Positions 29,615-39,128 are shown, counted from the first letter of the stretch. The stretch: DNA of 64,000 nt from an uncultured archaeon (GCA_964442255.1 CAYTYC010000001.1:32694-96693); one strand, 5' to 3'. Made by a program: numbers and translations. Notes: generated by a model not told the origin, from the sequence alone.

Positions 29615-31108
29615 GTGAAGGAATCAAATTTCATGGAATTAATGCTCAGGAAAAGCTTTTTTTTTCCTTCAGCCGAGATATATGGCTCTGGTTTTGGCGG
29701 CTTCTGGGATTTCGGGCCGTATGGAACTGCAATCAAAAGAAAAATTGTGGAATTGTGGAGAAAGGAGCTGGTGGAAAAAGAAAATTTTTTGGAGGTTGAC
29801 GGTTCGCTTGTCCTGCCGAAAGCGGTTTTTGACGCTTCAGGCCACAGCGCAAACTTCAACGACCCCTTAACGCAGTGCGGGAAATGCAATTCTCATTACC
29901 GTGCGGATTCCCTTCTCTCTGACCACGTGAACGTGAACTTTCCGGAGGGAACGCCCGCAGAAAAATTCGACAAACTGATAAAGGAAAACAAATTGCGCTG
30001 CCCGAAATGCAGGGGCGAACTTGGAAAAGTGAAAAGGTTCAATATGATGATGTTTTTGGAGATTGGCGCAACTGGAAAACAGCTTGGAGGATTAAGGCCT
30101 GAAACCGCGCAGAATTTGTTTTTGGATTTCAGCCGGATGTTCAAGAGCATGCGCCAAAACCTTCCGCTCGGGCTGGCGCAGTCCGGAAAGGCTTTCAGGA
30201 ACGAAATCGCGCCCCGCAATACTCTACTCCGCGCCCGCGAATTCGGGCAGATGGAAATTGAAATCTTTTTTAACCCCGAAAAAATAAATGAATGCGAAAA
30301 CTTCGGGAAAATGGAAAACGAAAAAATCCGCATACTTTCCCTTAATGAAAAAAAGGAAAAGGTGTTGCGGGCAAAGGATTTGGTGGACAAAAAAATTGTT
30401 TCCGGAAAACTTGTTGCGTATTACATTGCGCGTTTGCAGGAACTTTACCTCGCTTATGGAATTCCTTTCGCTAAAATGCGTTTCCGTGAAGTTGGAGTGG
30501 ATGAGCGCGCCTTTTACTCAAAGGAAACATGGGACTTCGAGGTTGAAACCGGGTATGGCTGGATTGAACTGGTTGCGTGCAATTACCGCGGAGACTATGA
30601 TTTGAGAATGCATGGAAAGGGCTCGAAAAAGGATTTGAAGGTTAAGGAGGACGGAAAAGAGTTTGTTCCGCACATCTTTGAGCTTTCCGCTGGCCTGGAC
30701 AGGGCCTTTTTTGTTGTTCTGAACCTTTCCCTGCGCGAGGAAACCAAAAAAGGGGAAAAACGCATTTTGTTGGACATCCCTTCAGCGCTCGCCCCTTTTA
30801 CGTGCGGGGTTTTCCCTTTGGTTAAAAAGGACGGCTTGCTTGAAAAGGGGCTGGAAGTTTTTGAATTGCTTAAAGAAAACGGTTTGGATGCAGTGTTTGA
30901 TGAAAAGGGCTCAATCGGCAGAAGGTACGCGCGTGTGGATGAACTAGGGTGCCCGTATGCTGTAACCCTTGATTATGATTCTTTGGGGAAAGAGGATGTA
31001 ACTATCCGTGAAAGGAATTCCACGGAACAAAAGAGAGTGAAAATCAGGGAACTCCCGGAATTGTTGTGGAGGCTTGGGAACGGGAAAATAGTCTTTAAAG
31101 ATATTTAA
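29615..31108 (+). CDS. glyS: Glycyl-tRNA synthetase (alpha2 type)
   Basis: LRPETAQ, FRNEIAPR, REFGQME, SIGRRYAR. Confidence 0.96.
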   Translation: MKESNFMELMLRKSFFFPSAEIYGSGFGGFWDFGPYGTAIKRKIVELWRKELVEKENFLEVDGSLVLPKAVFDASGHSANFNDPLTQCGKCNSHYRADSLLSDHVNVNFPEGTPAEKFDKLIKENKLRCPKCRGELGKVKRFNMMMFLEIGATGKQLGGLRPETAQNLFLDFSRMFKSMRQNLPLGLAQSGKAFRNEIAPRNTLLRAREFGQMEIEIFFNPEKINECENFGKMENEKIRILSLNEKKEKVLRAKDLVDKKIVSGKLVAYYIARLQELYLAYGIPFAKMRFREVGVDERAFYSKETWDFEVETGYGWIELVACNYRGDYDLRMHGKGSKKDLKVKEDGKEFVPHIFELSAGLDRAFFVVLNLSLREETKKGEKRILLDIPSALAPFTCGVFPLVKKDGLLEKGLEVFELLKENGLDAVFDEKGSIGRRYARVDELGCPYAVTLDYDSLGKEDVTIRERNSTEQKRVKIRELPELLWRLGNGKIVFKDI

Positions 31109-31113
31109 GTCTT

Positions 31114-31329
31114 TTATGGGCCGGCTTGCGCCCTTTTCCTTTTTCTTGTTTTTGCCCCTATTGGAGGGGCGCGGTCAAGGCTTTGCAGTGCTTCAACTAT
31201 TTTTGGCTGCAGCGGTCTTCCGGGGGGCGCTTCTGAAAGCACTCTTCCCAGTGCCCTGATCTCCCTGAATGCCATGCCTTTTGTGGTTCTGTTGCCTCCC
31301 GCATTTTTCTTGGCTGCTCTTCTTTGCAT
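31114..31329 (-). CDS. Small basic orphan protein
   Basis: MQRRAAKK... 71 aa. Confidence 0.45.
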   Translation of the reverse strand: MQRRAAKKNAGGNRTTKGMAFREIRALGRVLSEAPPGRPLQPKIVEALQSLDRAPPIGAKTRKRKRAQAGP

Positions 31330-31361
31330 TTTAAAACCATTATCTATTATATTCAAAGCCA

Positions 31362-31369
31362 TTTAAATA
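31362..31369 (+). promoter_or_regulatory. TATA box upstream of tRNA 5' fragment
   Basis: TTTAAATA about 25 nt before 31394; could also serve the divergent ORF. Confidence 0.55.
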
Positions 31370-31393
31370 CTTCTTTTGCCTAATTTCTACTGC

Positions 31394-31406
31394 GCCCTTG
31401 TAGCTC
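31394..31406 (+). pseudogene. 5' fragment (nt 1-13) of a tRNA-Thr-like gene
   Basis: GCCCTTG-TA-GCTC; first 7 nt complementary to CAAGGGC at 32600-32606. Confidence 0.65.
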
Positions 31407-31410
31407 TTTT

Positions 31411-31482
31411 GCCGCAGTAGCATAATGGTAATGCTCCGACCTCGTAAGTCGGTGATTGGGGGTTCGATTCCCCCTTGCGGCT
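31411..31482 (+). tRNA. tRNA-Thr(CGU)
   Basis: complete 72-nt cloverleaf, CCGAC-CT-CGT-AA-GTCGG, discriminator U. Confidence 0.95.
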
Positions 31483-31596
31483 CTTCACAGGAAATCTCCT
31501 CCCTTTCCAAAAGTTAATAGCCCTAAAAGCTGTTTTTTAATTGTGACTTGAGTTTATTTTGATTCTGAAACTGTAAGGGATAACTTCTTTAAAAAT

Positions 31597-32553
31597 TTGA
31601 AGAGCTATGGAAAGTTTAGGACTTGGCGTGAATTTTATAATCATATTAGCGAAGCAAAAACTTCAATGGAGAATTATAGGTCCGGTCAATGGACTATTCC
31701 TTCCCGCCTTTTTGACAAATTGTGTGATTTGCTTCCTAGTCACTTGGAAAAACTCTTTAAATCCAAACTAAACTATAAGACTGGTAATTGGGGGCAAATC
31801 ATTGGCGGGAATATAACGTATGGTAAACACCAAGATATTTTTGAAAAGGGGCGTGCTATTGCAATCGCGAAACAAAAAGAAAATCCAAAACATGACTTTG
31901 ATTTGGATATGGAATTGACTGAGGGGCTAAGCGAATTTATCGGTTGTTTTATTGGAGATGGTTTCACTAACAATTATGGCGGAAAATATGTGGTGCAATT
32001 TGCGGGAGACAATCGATTTGATGCAGACTATTATGATGGGACAATTATTCCAATAGCCCGTTCTTTATTTGGTTTTGATAAAGCAGGCATTCGCCGTAGT
32101 GGGAATGCTTTGTGGGTTAGTTTTTATTCTAAAAGACTTTTTGAGTTTCTTACTACTGGGTTTGAGATGCCTGCTGGACTAAAATTTAACCGGGTTAGAA
32201 TTCCTGTTGAAATTCTTGAGTCGGGTCCGGAAAAAATAATCCCTTGTATTCGAGGCATGTTTGATACTGATGGTTGCGTTTTTTACGATAAACGACCGGC
32301 TTATCGTAGACCTTATATTAGAATCGAGTTAACAATGCGTAATCCCTTTTTGATTAGGCAGGTGCATTACCAGCTTAAAAAGATCGAGGTTAGGTCAAAA
32401 GTTCTTTCTGATGAGACTAGGCTGCAGATAACGGCAAGAGAGGACGTTAAGCTGTTTTTGCAGAAGATAGGGTTCTCAAACAAACGGCATAGAAACCGAA
32501 TAACCAGATTTTACCCTGAATTGGAAAAGATTACGAAGGCTAAGGGGTCTTAG
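31597..32553 (+). CDS. Two-motif LAGLIDADG homing endonuclease
   Basis: LSEFIGCFIGDG and CIRGMFDTDG motifs; T-rich codon style unlike flanking genes. Confidence 0.9.
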   Translation: MKSYGKFRTWREFYNHISEAKTSMENYRSGQWTIPSRLFDKLCDLLPSHLEKLFKSKLNYKTGNWGQIIGGNITYGKHQDIFEKGRAIAIAKQKENPKHDFDLDMELTEGLSEFIGCFIGDGFTNNYGGKYVVQFAGDNRFDADYYDGTIIPIARSLFGFDKAGIRRSGNALWVSFYSKRLFEFLTTGFEMPAGLKFNRVRIPVEILESGPEKIIPCIRGMFDTDGCVFYDKRPAYRRPYIRIELTMRNPFLIRQVHYQLKKIEVRSKVLSDETRLQITAREDVKLFLQKIGFSNKRHRNRITRFYPELEKITKAKGS

Positions 32554-32570
32554 CTTGGGTTAACCGGAGC

Positions 32571-32607
32571 AAAGCGCAGGCCGGGGGTTCGACTCCCTCC
32601 AAGGGCT
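32571..32607 (+). tRNA. Orphan 3' half (nt 37-73) of a tRNA, probably Thr
   Basis: AA-AGCGC-AGGCC-GGGGG-TTCGACT-CCCTC-CAAGGGC-T; no contiguous 5' half. Confidence 0.8.
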
Positions 32608-32727
32608 TTTCACGGGAAATGTGCCCTTTCCAAACAATGTTAAATCCGGAAGCCCTTTTTCTATCGAAGCGAAAGTTTAAATTAACTTATTGCGTTAATT
32701 AACTTTACATGTTAACTAAGTGGTCCG

Positions 32728-33057
32728 GTGGAAAAAGAGAAAACCTTCCCGAAGTATCTGGATGCACAGGGAAAAGACTTAATCCACGGGAGGTTTGAAA
32801 GAAACAGGGAAGGAAAACCCAAGGCTTTCAGCGTGAACTGCACCTGCGAACTGGAAGGCAAAAACATGGAAATAATCCGTTTTGACTCTTCCCATGGGAG
32901 TGTTTACGTCCACAGGCTTTACAAGAAGCCGCCGAGAATTGAAGTGCTTGGAAAGGAGGTTTCATTTTCAACAATAAATGAATTTGTTTTGGAGATTGAA
33001 GAAAGTTATGGGGTCTGGAAAAAGGCTTTCATTAGAAACTATCTGAAAGGTGATTGA
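32728..33057 (+). CDS. Putative TA-type small protein (RFDxxHG..H motif)
   Basis: EIIRFDSSHGSVYVHRLY; coupled to an HTH gene. Confidence 0.6.
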   Translation: MEKEKTFPKYLDAQGKDLIHGRFERNREGKPKAFSVNCTCELEGKNMEIIRFDSSHGSVYVHRLYKKPPRIEVLGKEVSFSTINEFVLEIEESYGVWKKAFIRNYLKGD

Positions 33058-33059
33058 GT

Positions 33060-33422
33060 ATGGCGAGAGAAGGTAAAGCGGTTATACGGATTGGAAGGAA
33101 TGCGTTAAGCAGGGATTTGATGAAACTGGAGAAGAACAGGAAAGCGAATTGCCCTGAACAGGTGATTTACTTCAACGACTTTAACCAGCTTTTCTCTGTT
33201 TTGTCCGCAAAAAAACTGGAGTTGCTGCAGCACCTGTCCGGGAAAAAAGGAAAAAACGTTTCATTCCTTTCAGTTGAACTGAAAAGGAAGAAAGAGGCCG
33301 TGAGCAGGGATTTGCACGAGCTTGCAAGAACAGGGCTGATTGAAATAATAAAAGACGGAAAGAAAGCCTACCCGAGAAACAAATTTGACAGGCTGGAGAT
33401 TCCGTTAAAGATGAGGGCGTAA
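33060..33422 (+). CDS. HVO_A0114-like winged-HTH protein (putative antitoxin)
   Basis: VLSAKKLELL..ELKRKKEAVSRDLHELARTGLI. Confidence 0.75.
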   Translation: MAREGKAVIRIGRNALSRDLMKLEKNRKANCPEQVIYFNDFNQLFSVLSAKKLELLQHLSGKKGKNVSFLSVELKRKKEAVSRDLHELARTGLIEIIKDGKKAYPRNKFDRLEIPLKMRA

Positions 33423-33467
33423 ACCAAACCCTTAAATTCCCTTTTTGCGTTTATTTTATCTGATTTT

Positions 33468-33896
33468 ATGCCTGCTGAAGCCGAGGAAGAGAGGTTTGAC
33501 CGCTTTTTGTTCACCGGAATAGTGGTTTTGCTGATTATAGTTGCGGGGGCGCTTATCGCATTCAAGGCATTTACCCGCGAGCCTGTTTACTACTCCGAGG
33601 TTTACTTTGCAGGGGAAACAATCGTGGACGGGGCAAGAATAGGGGAAAGGATTCCCGTAAATTTTTTCATAGGAAACCATGAAGGAAAAACCCTTACTTA
33701 CACTTACTTGGTGAGCGCTTTTGGCGGGGACAAAGTGGAAAAAGAAATTGAATTGCAGGACGGGGAACTCAAAGAGATAAGGGAGTTCACGGAATTTGAA
33801 ACAGATTACGGCTCAAAACAGCGCGTTACGGTTGAAGTGGAAAAGCCGGACAGCGTGAAACCCTACGCCTTGTGGTTTTGGGTTGAGGTAAGCTGA
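33468..33896 (+). CDS. DUF1616-like membrane-anchored protein
   Basis: TM, YSEVYF, IGNHEG, LWFWVEV. Confidence 0.65.
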   Translation: MPAEAEEERFDRFLFTGIVVLLIIVAGALIAFKAFTREPVYYSEVYFAGETIVDGARIGERIPVNFFIGNHEGKTLTYTYLVSAFGGDKVEKEIELQDGELKEIREFTEFETDYGSKQRVTVEVEKPDSVKPYALWFWVEVS

Positions 33897-33949
33897 CAGC
33901 GTTTTGAAGGGCAAGCACTTTTTTTTTGTTTTTTTTCCGGTTAAATGAA

Positions 33950-35050
33950 TTAATCTTTTTCTTTCTTTTTTGGGCCCTTGAGCCTTAATTTATATGACCT
34001 GTAAATCGAATGGGCTTTTGCGCTGTGCAGCTGCTTTTCCAGGTTTTCAACCCTTTTTTCCCTGTGGGAAATGATTTTCCTTAAATCTTCCACCAATGAA
34101 TCCCGTTCCCTTACCTCTTTCTCCAGAGACCTCATTTTCTTTTCGTTTTCTTTTTTTGCTTCCTCTTTGGCTTTCAGCTTTGAGTGCTGCAAATTCAGGA
34201 GCTCGCGGCTGTAAGAACTGCGTAACTGCAAACTTTCATGTTCTATGTCTAAAAGAACTTTTTTCGCGAAATCTTTTTCCCTTTTCAGCAGTGAAACAAG
34301 CTCCGGGCCCTTTGAAAGGTAGCCGTACATGAGGTGCTCGGCGGAATCAAACTTTTCCTTTACATCCGCAAAAGAATCATTGATTAAATCAATTTTTTCC
34401 GAAAGGCTTTTCATTTCCCCTTCCAGTTCGGTGCGGCTTTTTTCCAGCCTCACTGCAACATCGTTTAAATCGTGCTCCAGGTCAATGGAACTCTTTTCCC
34501 CGGCCTTTCCAATAAACGCGTGGTGCTTCAGCTCCTCGTGCTTTTCCCTTAAATCATGGAACTCTTTTTCCCTTGTTTTAAGCAAACTCATCACATGGGA
34601 TGCGGTGCTTTTTTCATCCAGGGGGGTGAGCTTTTCGGAGCGGGTGTGCAGGTGCACCTGCTCAAGGATGAAACGCGTTTTAAGCAAAAGGGAAAGGATT
34701 TTGTTGCTTAAGTCGCCGTACAGTTCCGGCACCTCTATTTGCTGCTGCCAGCCCCATTCCTCTTTCTCTTTTTTGTCCTGCTCCATCACAAGGTTTCTTC
34801 TGAGCACGTTAATGGAGGAGGCGTAATCCCTTGCAAGGGGCTCAAGGTTTGGGGCATTCATTCCGGGGTCTTGCTCCATTTTTCCCTTTATTCCGTACAC
34901 AATCTTCTGTATTTCCTCCAGCCGCTGGATTGAGGAGTCCAGCGCGTGCACAAAGCTTTTCCTGCTGTATTTCTTCCATTCATTTGAATTCAGGTAATCC
35001 TGGAAGTCTTTCACGCGGTGAATCAGCTCTTCAGCCAGCCTTTCAACCAT
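33950..35050 (-). CDS. Long coiled-coil hypothetical protein
   Basis: 366 aa, E/K/L heptad-rich. Confidence 0.75.
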   Translation of the reverse strand: MVERLAEELIHRVKDFQDYLNSNEWKKYSRKSFVHALDSSIQRLEEIQKIVYGIKGKMEQDPGMNAPNLEPLARDYASSINVLRRNLVMEQDKKEKEEWGWQQQIEVPELYGDLSNKILSLLLKTRFILEQVHLHTRSEKLTPLDEKSTASHVMSLLKTREKEFHDLREKHEELKHHAFIGKAGEKSSIDLEHDLNDVAVRLEKSRTELEGEMKSLSEKIDLINDSFADVKEKFDSAEHLMYGYLSKGPELVSLLKREKDFAKKVLLDIEHESLQLRSSYSRELLNLQHSKLKAKEEAKKENEKKMRSLEKEVRERDSLVEDLRKIISHREKRVENLEKQLHSAKAHSIYRSYKLRLKGPKKKEKD

Positions 35051-35136
35051 TTCAATCCGGTATTATTAAATCTTCGGTTATTTAAATTTCTTTCTACTCG
35101 CTTGGAAAACCTTAAAAGCCCCAAAAGCCTATTATT

Positions 35137-35463
35137 TTGGGGATTGAAACGGGCTTAACGGATTTGTTCAGGCGAAGGAAAAAAATTGTTTCCAAAGAGC
35201 TGGTGAAAGAAGCGGAGTTTGAAGTGCGGTACGTGTATTCACTGGAAGGAATCGGGCTGGTTGTGCACGGCTTGCTCCAAAAAGGCGCAATTGAAGAGGG
35301 CGTAAACTGCCTTTTGGAAGGCAAAACAGGGGTTGTGGAAAAAATTCTTTCCCGTTCCTCCCGGGTGAAGTCGGCCTTTGGAGGGCAGGAGTGCTCGCTG
35401 AAACTGGGCGCATTCAGGGAAGAAGAGCTAAAAGAAGGCCAAATCCTGCGGTTCAAGGAATAA
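35137..35463 (+). CDS. Stand-alone EF-Tu domain II-like protein
   Basis: VYSLEGIGLVVHGLLQKGAI...AFGGQECSLKL. Confidence 0.7.
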   Translation: MGIETGLTDLFRRRKKIVSKELVKEAEFEVRYVYSLEGIGLVVHGLLQKGAIEEGVNCLLEGKTGVVEKILSRSSRVKSAFGGQECSLKLGAFREEELKEGQILRFKE

Positions 35464-35582
35464 GCCCGAAAAGCCGGCAACCAAAAAAAAGGAGTAAAAA
35501 AAAATCCGGAAAAGCCGGAAAAATTCAGCGGAAAAAAAAAATTTGCGGAAAAACCCGCAGAAAAAAAGGAAGATGAAAAAAA

Positions 35583-36578
35583 ATGCCGTGCGCGGAGGAA
35601 GAGGTTTGCCTGGGAAGGTCCCGGGAGTTTGCGGTTGACCCAAAAGGAAAAGCAAAGGCCAAAACGGTTTGCATTACCCACGCGCACTCCGATCATGCAC
35701 GCCTTTCAAGAAAGGCTTCCTGCGAGTACTGGATGACAAGGGAAACACATTCCCTCATTAAATGCAGGGGAAACGGCGCAAAAAAAGTGAAAGAATTGAA
35801 GTACGGGAAAAAAATTGCTTTGAACGGTTTTGGCGTAAGCCTGCATAATGCAGGCCACATCCTCGGCTCAAGCCAGGTGAAAGTGGAGGGAAAAAAAAAC
35901 ATTGTTTTCACCTCGGACTTCAAGCTTTCGGATTCCCTGGTGCAGAAAGCAGCCGAAGTAATTCCCTCCGATATTCTTGTCATTGAAACAACCTTTGGCC
36001 TGCCTGAATTCAGTTTTCCTTCACGCGAAACCATGTACAAGGAGATTGGAAAATGGGTGGAGAAAGGCGTTGCACAAAAAAGGTTTCTCTTGCTTGGCGG
36101 TTATGCGGTTGGAAAGGCGCAGGAGTTGACCAAAGCGGTAAACGAATTCACGGGGGAAATTCCTTTGGTCCATGAAACGGTTTTCAACGCAAACAAGGTG
36201 TATGAGTCGCATGGGGTGAAGCCGGGAAATTATGTGAAGCTGGACCACAACCTGAAGGACTTTAATGTGCTGATTATTCCCCCGCATTACGTTGACTATA
36301 ATCTGATGCAGGCGGTTTCCCTTTCAATCGGAAAAAAAGTTGAGGCCGCCTTCGCAACGGGGTGGAGGTACGGCAGCGGGCTGGCAAGGGTTTTCCACCT
36401 TTCAGACCATGCGGATTTCAGTCAGCTGCTGCGCTACGTGAAAGAGTCCAATCCGAAACTCGTTCTTACGCACCACGGCTTTGCGGAAGAGTTTGCGCGT
36501 GCAGTGAAAAGAAAACTCGGAATTGAGGCCCGCCCTCTGGGGGCGAAAGGGCAGAAAACCTTAAACGAGTTTGTTTAG
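35583..36578 (+). CDS. Metallo-beta-lactamase-fold nuclease (short beta-CASP-like)
   Basis: THAHSDH, AGHILGS, ETTFG, SDHAD. Confidence 0.88.
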   Translation: MPCAEEEVCLGRSREFAVDPKGKAKAKTVCITHAHSDHARLSRKASCEYWMTRETHSLIKCRGNGAKKVKELKYGKKIALNGFGVSLHNAGHILGSSQVKVEGKKNIVFTSDFKLSDSLVQKAAEVIPSDILVIETTFGLPEFSFPSRETMYKEIGKWVEKGVAQKRFLLLGGYAVGKAQELTKAVNEFTGEIPLVHETVFNANKVYESHGVKPGNYVKLDHNLKDFNVLIIPPHYVDYNLMQAVSLSIGKKVEAAFATGWRYGSGLARVFHLSDHADFSQLLRYVKESNPKLVLTHHGFAEEFARAVKRKLGIEARPLGAKGQKTLNEFV

Positions 36579-36665
36579 CGCAGGAAATAGCCTTGATTGC
36601 TTCCTTAAAAACCCAATGCTCCTTTTCCGCATTCTCCCAAAGCAGCCCGGATATTTTCCCTGGCT

Positions 36666-36902
36666 TCACGGGGGTTTTCCCTTTCCTTTGGGTCTTTTGG
36701 CGATAGAACCGGCAAGTTCATCCAGGGCCTTTTGCGCTCTTTTCGTGTCACGCAAACCGGCTCTTGCATCTCCCTGTATTTTTCTTGTCCCGTTTATTAA
36801 TCTTCCGGCATCTTTTTGAAGTCTTGTGAGTTGTGCCTGCACAGGGCTTCGCCTGTGAAATCTGCCGGCAATCCAGTTCCAGGCCCGCCTCAATTTCGGC
36901 AT
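36666..36902 (-). CDS. Small Arg-rich orphan protein
   Basis: MPKLRRAWNWIAGRFHRR... Confidence 0.5.
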   Translation of the reverse strand: MPKLRRAWNWIAGRFHRRSPVQAQLTRLQKDAGRLINGTRKIQGDARAGLRDTKRAQKALDELAGSIAKRPKGKGKPP

Positions 36903-37002
36903 ATTTTCCCTCAAATATTAACCCAAGAGGGGCTTAATTAAGGTATCTTTCAGGCATCTTTTTAAAGACTAAAATAAAAACATTTTCCGGCCACCTTTTT
37001 CT

Positions 37003-37716
37003 GTGCAGCCTATCACTTTATACAAAACCATCCTAAAAGAATTCGGTGAACAGAACTGGTGGCCTGTAACAGAACCGGGAGAAACTGCCCCAACCTATAA
37101 AAAAAGAAAATCGCTTTCCACTGCACAAAGGTTTGAAATCTGTGTTGGCGCAATCCTGACGCAAAACACTTCCTGGCTGAACGTAATGAAGGCGCTTGAG
37201 AACCTGAATAAAGCGAAAATGCTTTCCCCGCGAAAACTGGGTTCAGCAAGAAAGCGGAAGACAGCTTCGCTCATAAAGCCTGCGGGATACTTCAACCAAA
37301 AGGCGGGCTACCTGAAAAATTTTTCCGCGCACCTGGAAAAAAATTACGCAGGCAAACTGGAGGAGTTATTCAAAAAGCCTTCCGCTGAGCTGAGGAAAGA
37401 GCTTCTCTCAATTAAGGGAATTGGGGAAGAAACCGCGGACTCCATAATCCTGTACTCGGCCCAAAAGCCCGTGTTTGTGGTGGACGCTTACACGAAAAGA
37501 GTGCTTTCAAGGTTGCGTGGGGAAAGGCAAACCAACAGCAGTTATGTAGAAGTTCAAAGTTTTTTTGAGTCCCGCCTGCCAAAAAATGTGAAGCTGTTCA
37601 ATGAATTCCACGCCCTGTTTGTCGCATTGGGAAAGGATTTCTGCACCAAAACCTCGCCCGGATGCTTCGCCTGCTGCCTGCGCAGAAACTGCGCTTTCCC
37701 TTCAGTCAAACCTTAA
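37003..37716 (+). CDS. Endonuclease III-related HhH-GPD protein
   Basis: GAILTQNT, GIGEETADSI, VVDAY, C-terminal Fe-S Cys cluster. Confidence 0.92.
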   Translation: MQPITLYKTILKEFGEQNWWPVTEPGETAPTYKKRKSLSTAQRFEICVGAILTQNTSWLNVMKALENLNKAKMLSPRKLGSARKRKTASLIKPAGYFNQKAGYLKNFSAHLEKNYAGKLEELFKKPSAELRKELLSIKGIGEETADSIILYSAQKPVFVVDAYTKRVLSRLRGERQTNSSYVEVQSFFESRLPKNVKLFNEFHALFVALGKDFCTKTSPGCFACCLRRNCAFPSVKP

Positions 37717-37814
37717 AACTTCAAAACCCCCCGGATTTTCTTTTGCCTTCTTTCGCGCTTCTAAACCTTTAAAACCCTAATGCAGGTACTTTATTATGAA
37801 ATTCAGGTGAACCC

Positions 37815-39128
37815 ATGGAAAGAATGAATTCACGCCAAATAACAGTAAAGACTGCGGAAAAAAAAATCAGGTTTTTTGGCTGGGTTTCGGAGAGCAGGGA
37901 TTTTGGGGGCTTAAGGTTTCTTTCGCTCCGCGACAGGTTCGGCTTTTTGCAGGTGACTGCGCACAAAAAAAAAGTCAAGCAGGAATTGTTTGAAAAAGTT
38001 CCCGAATTCACAAAAGAATCACTGCTTTGCGTTGAAGGAAAAATTGAAAAATCGCCGAAAGCCCCTGCCGGGGTTGAACTAATTCCCGACAAAATTGAGC
38101 TTGTTTCCAATGCGCATACCCCCACGCCAATTGATATGAGCGGAAAGATTGAAACAGACCAGTCCGCGAGGCTGGACTGGAGAAGCATTGATTTAAGAAA
38201 GCCAAAAAACCAGGCGCTGTTCACTGTTCAGGCAAAGCTTTTGCAGGGAGCGCAGGAATGGCTGAATGAAAACTCTTACCAGCAGGTTTTCACCCCCTGC
38301 CTAATGGGCGCTGCCTCGGAGAGCGGGGCAGAGGTTTTCAGGATGAAATACTTTGACACGGAAGCATTCCTCCGCCAGGACCCCCAGCTCCACAGGCAGC
38401 TGGCAATTGCGGGGGGAATTGAAAAGCTTTACGACATCGGCCCAAGCTGGCGCGCGGAGCAGAGCCACACCACGAAACACTTATGCGAGCACAGGGCAAT
38501 CGCGGTTGAAGAAGCCTTCATTGAGGATGAAACCACAACCGAAAGGGCGCAGGAGGAGCTGGTTGTAGCGATGCTGAAAAAAGTGAAAAAAGAATGCAAA
38601 GAGGAACTCAAATTACTGGAAGTGGGCTTTAAAATTCCGGAAACACCTTTTCCCGAACTCCGATTCCCAAAAGTGTATGATATTATTGAAGAAAAAGGCG
38701 GAAGCGTTGAAAGAGGCAAAGACCCCGACGCGGAAGGCGAAAAGATTATATGGGATTACATCCAAAAAAAATTCAAGGCAGACTTTTACTTCTTTAACCG
38801 TTTTCCCTTTGAAGCAAAACCCTTTTACGTGATGCGCGTGGATGAAGAGCCGGAGTACGCGCGCAGCGTGGACCTTTACTTCCGCGGGCTGGAGTTAAGC
38901 TCCGGAGGGCAAAGGGAGCACAGGCATGAAAGGATTGTTGAACAGGTTAAGCTTAAAGGAATGGCCCTGGATTCGGTTGAATGGTTCACCAAATTCTTCA
39001 AGTACGGGGTGCCGCCTCACGGAGGGTTTGCGATTGGAATTGAAAGGATTACCCAACAGCTTTTGAATGTTGAAAACATCAGGGATACTGCATTATTTCC
39101 CCGGGACCCGACACGGGTCCTTCCCTAG
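37815..39128 (+). CDS. aspS: Aspartyl-tRNA synthetase (archaeal type)
   Basis: OB fold GWV..RD.GG, QDPQL, ELSSGGQR, PPHGGFAIG. Confidence 0.9.
   Translation: MERMNSRQITVKTAEKKIRFFGWVSESRDFGGLRFLSLRDRFGFLQVTAHKKKVKQELFEKVPEFTKESLLCVEGKIEKSPKAPAGVELIPDKIELVSNAHTPTPIDMSGKIETDQSARLDWRSIDLRKPKNQALFTVQAKLLQGAQEWLNENSYQQVFTPCLMGAASESGAEVFRMKYFDTEAFLRQDPQLHRQLAIAGGIEKLYDIGPSWRAEQSHTTKHLCEHRAIAVEEAFIEDETTTERAQEELVVAMLKKVKKECKEELKLLEVGFKIPETPFPELRFPKVYDIIEEKGGSVERGKDPDAEGEKIIWDYIQKKFKADFYFFNRFPFEAKPFYVMRVDEEPEYARSVDLYFRGLELSSGGQREHRHERIVEQVKLKGMALDSVEWFTKFFKYGVPPHGGFAIGIERITQQLLNVENIRDTALFPRDPTRVLP

Noticed and set aside
31391..32578. Whole cassette as one splice-competent BHB intron
   Set aside because: No splice register tried yields a full cloverleaf; the D-loop and anticodon 5' strand are missing
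35112..35696. Antisense ORFs overlapping well-supported genes (this and many similar)
   Set aside because: Phe/Ser-rich shadows of Lys/Glu-rich coding strands with no motifs
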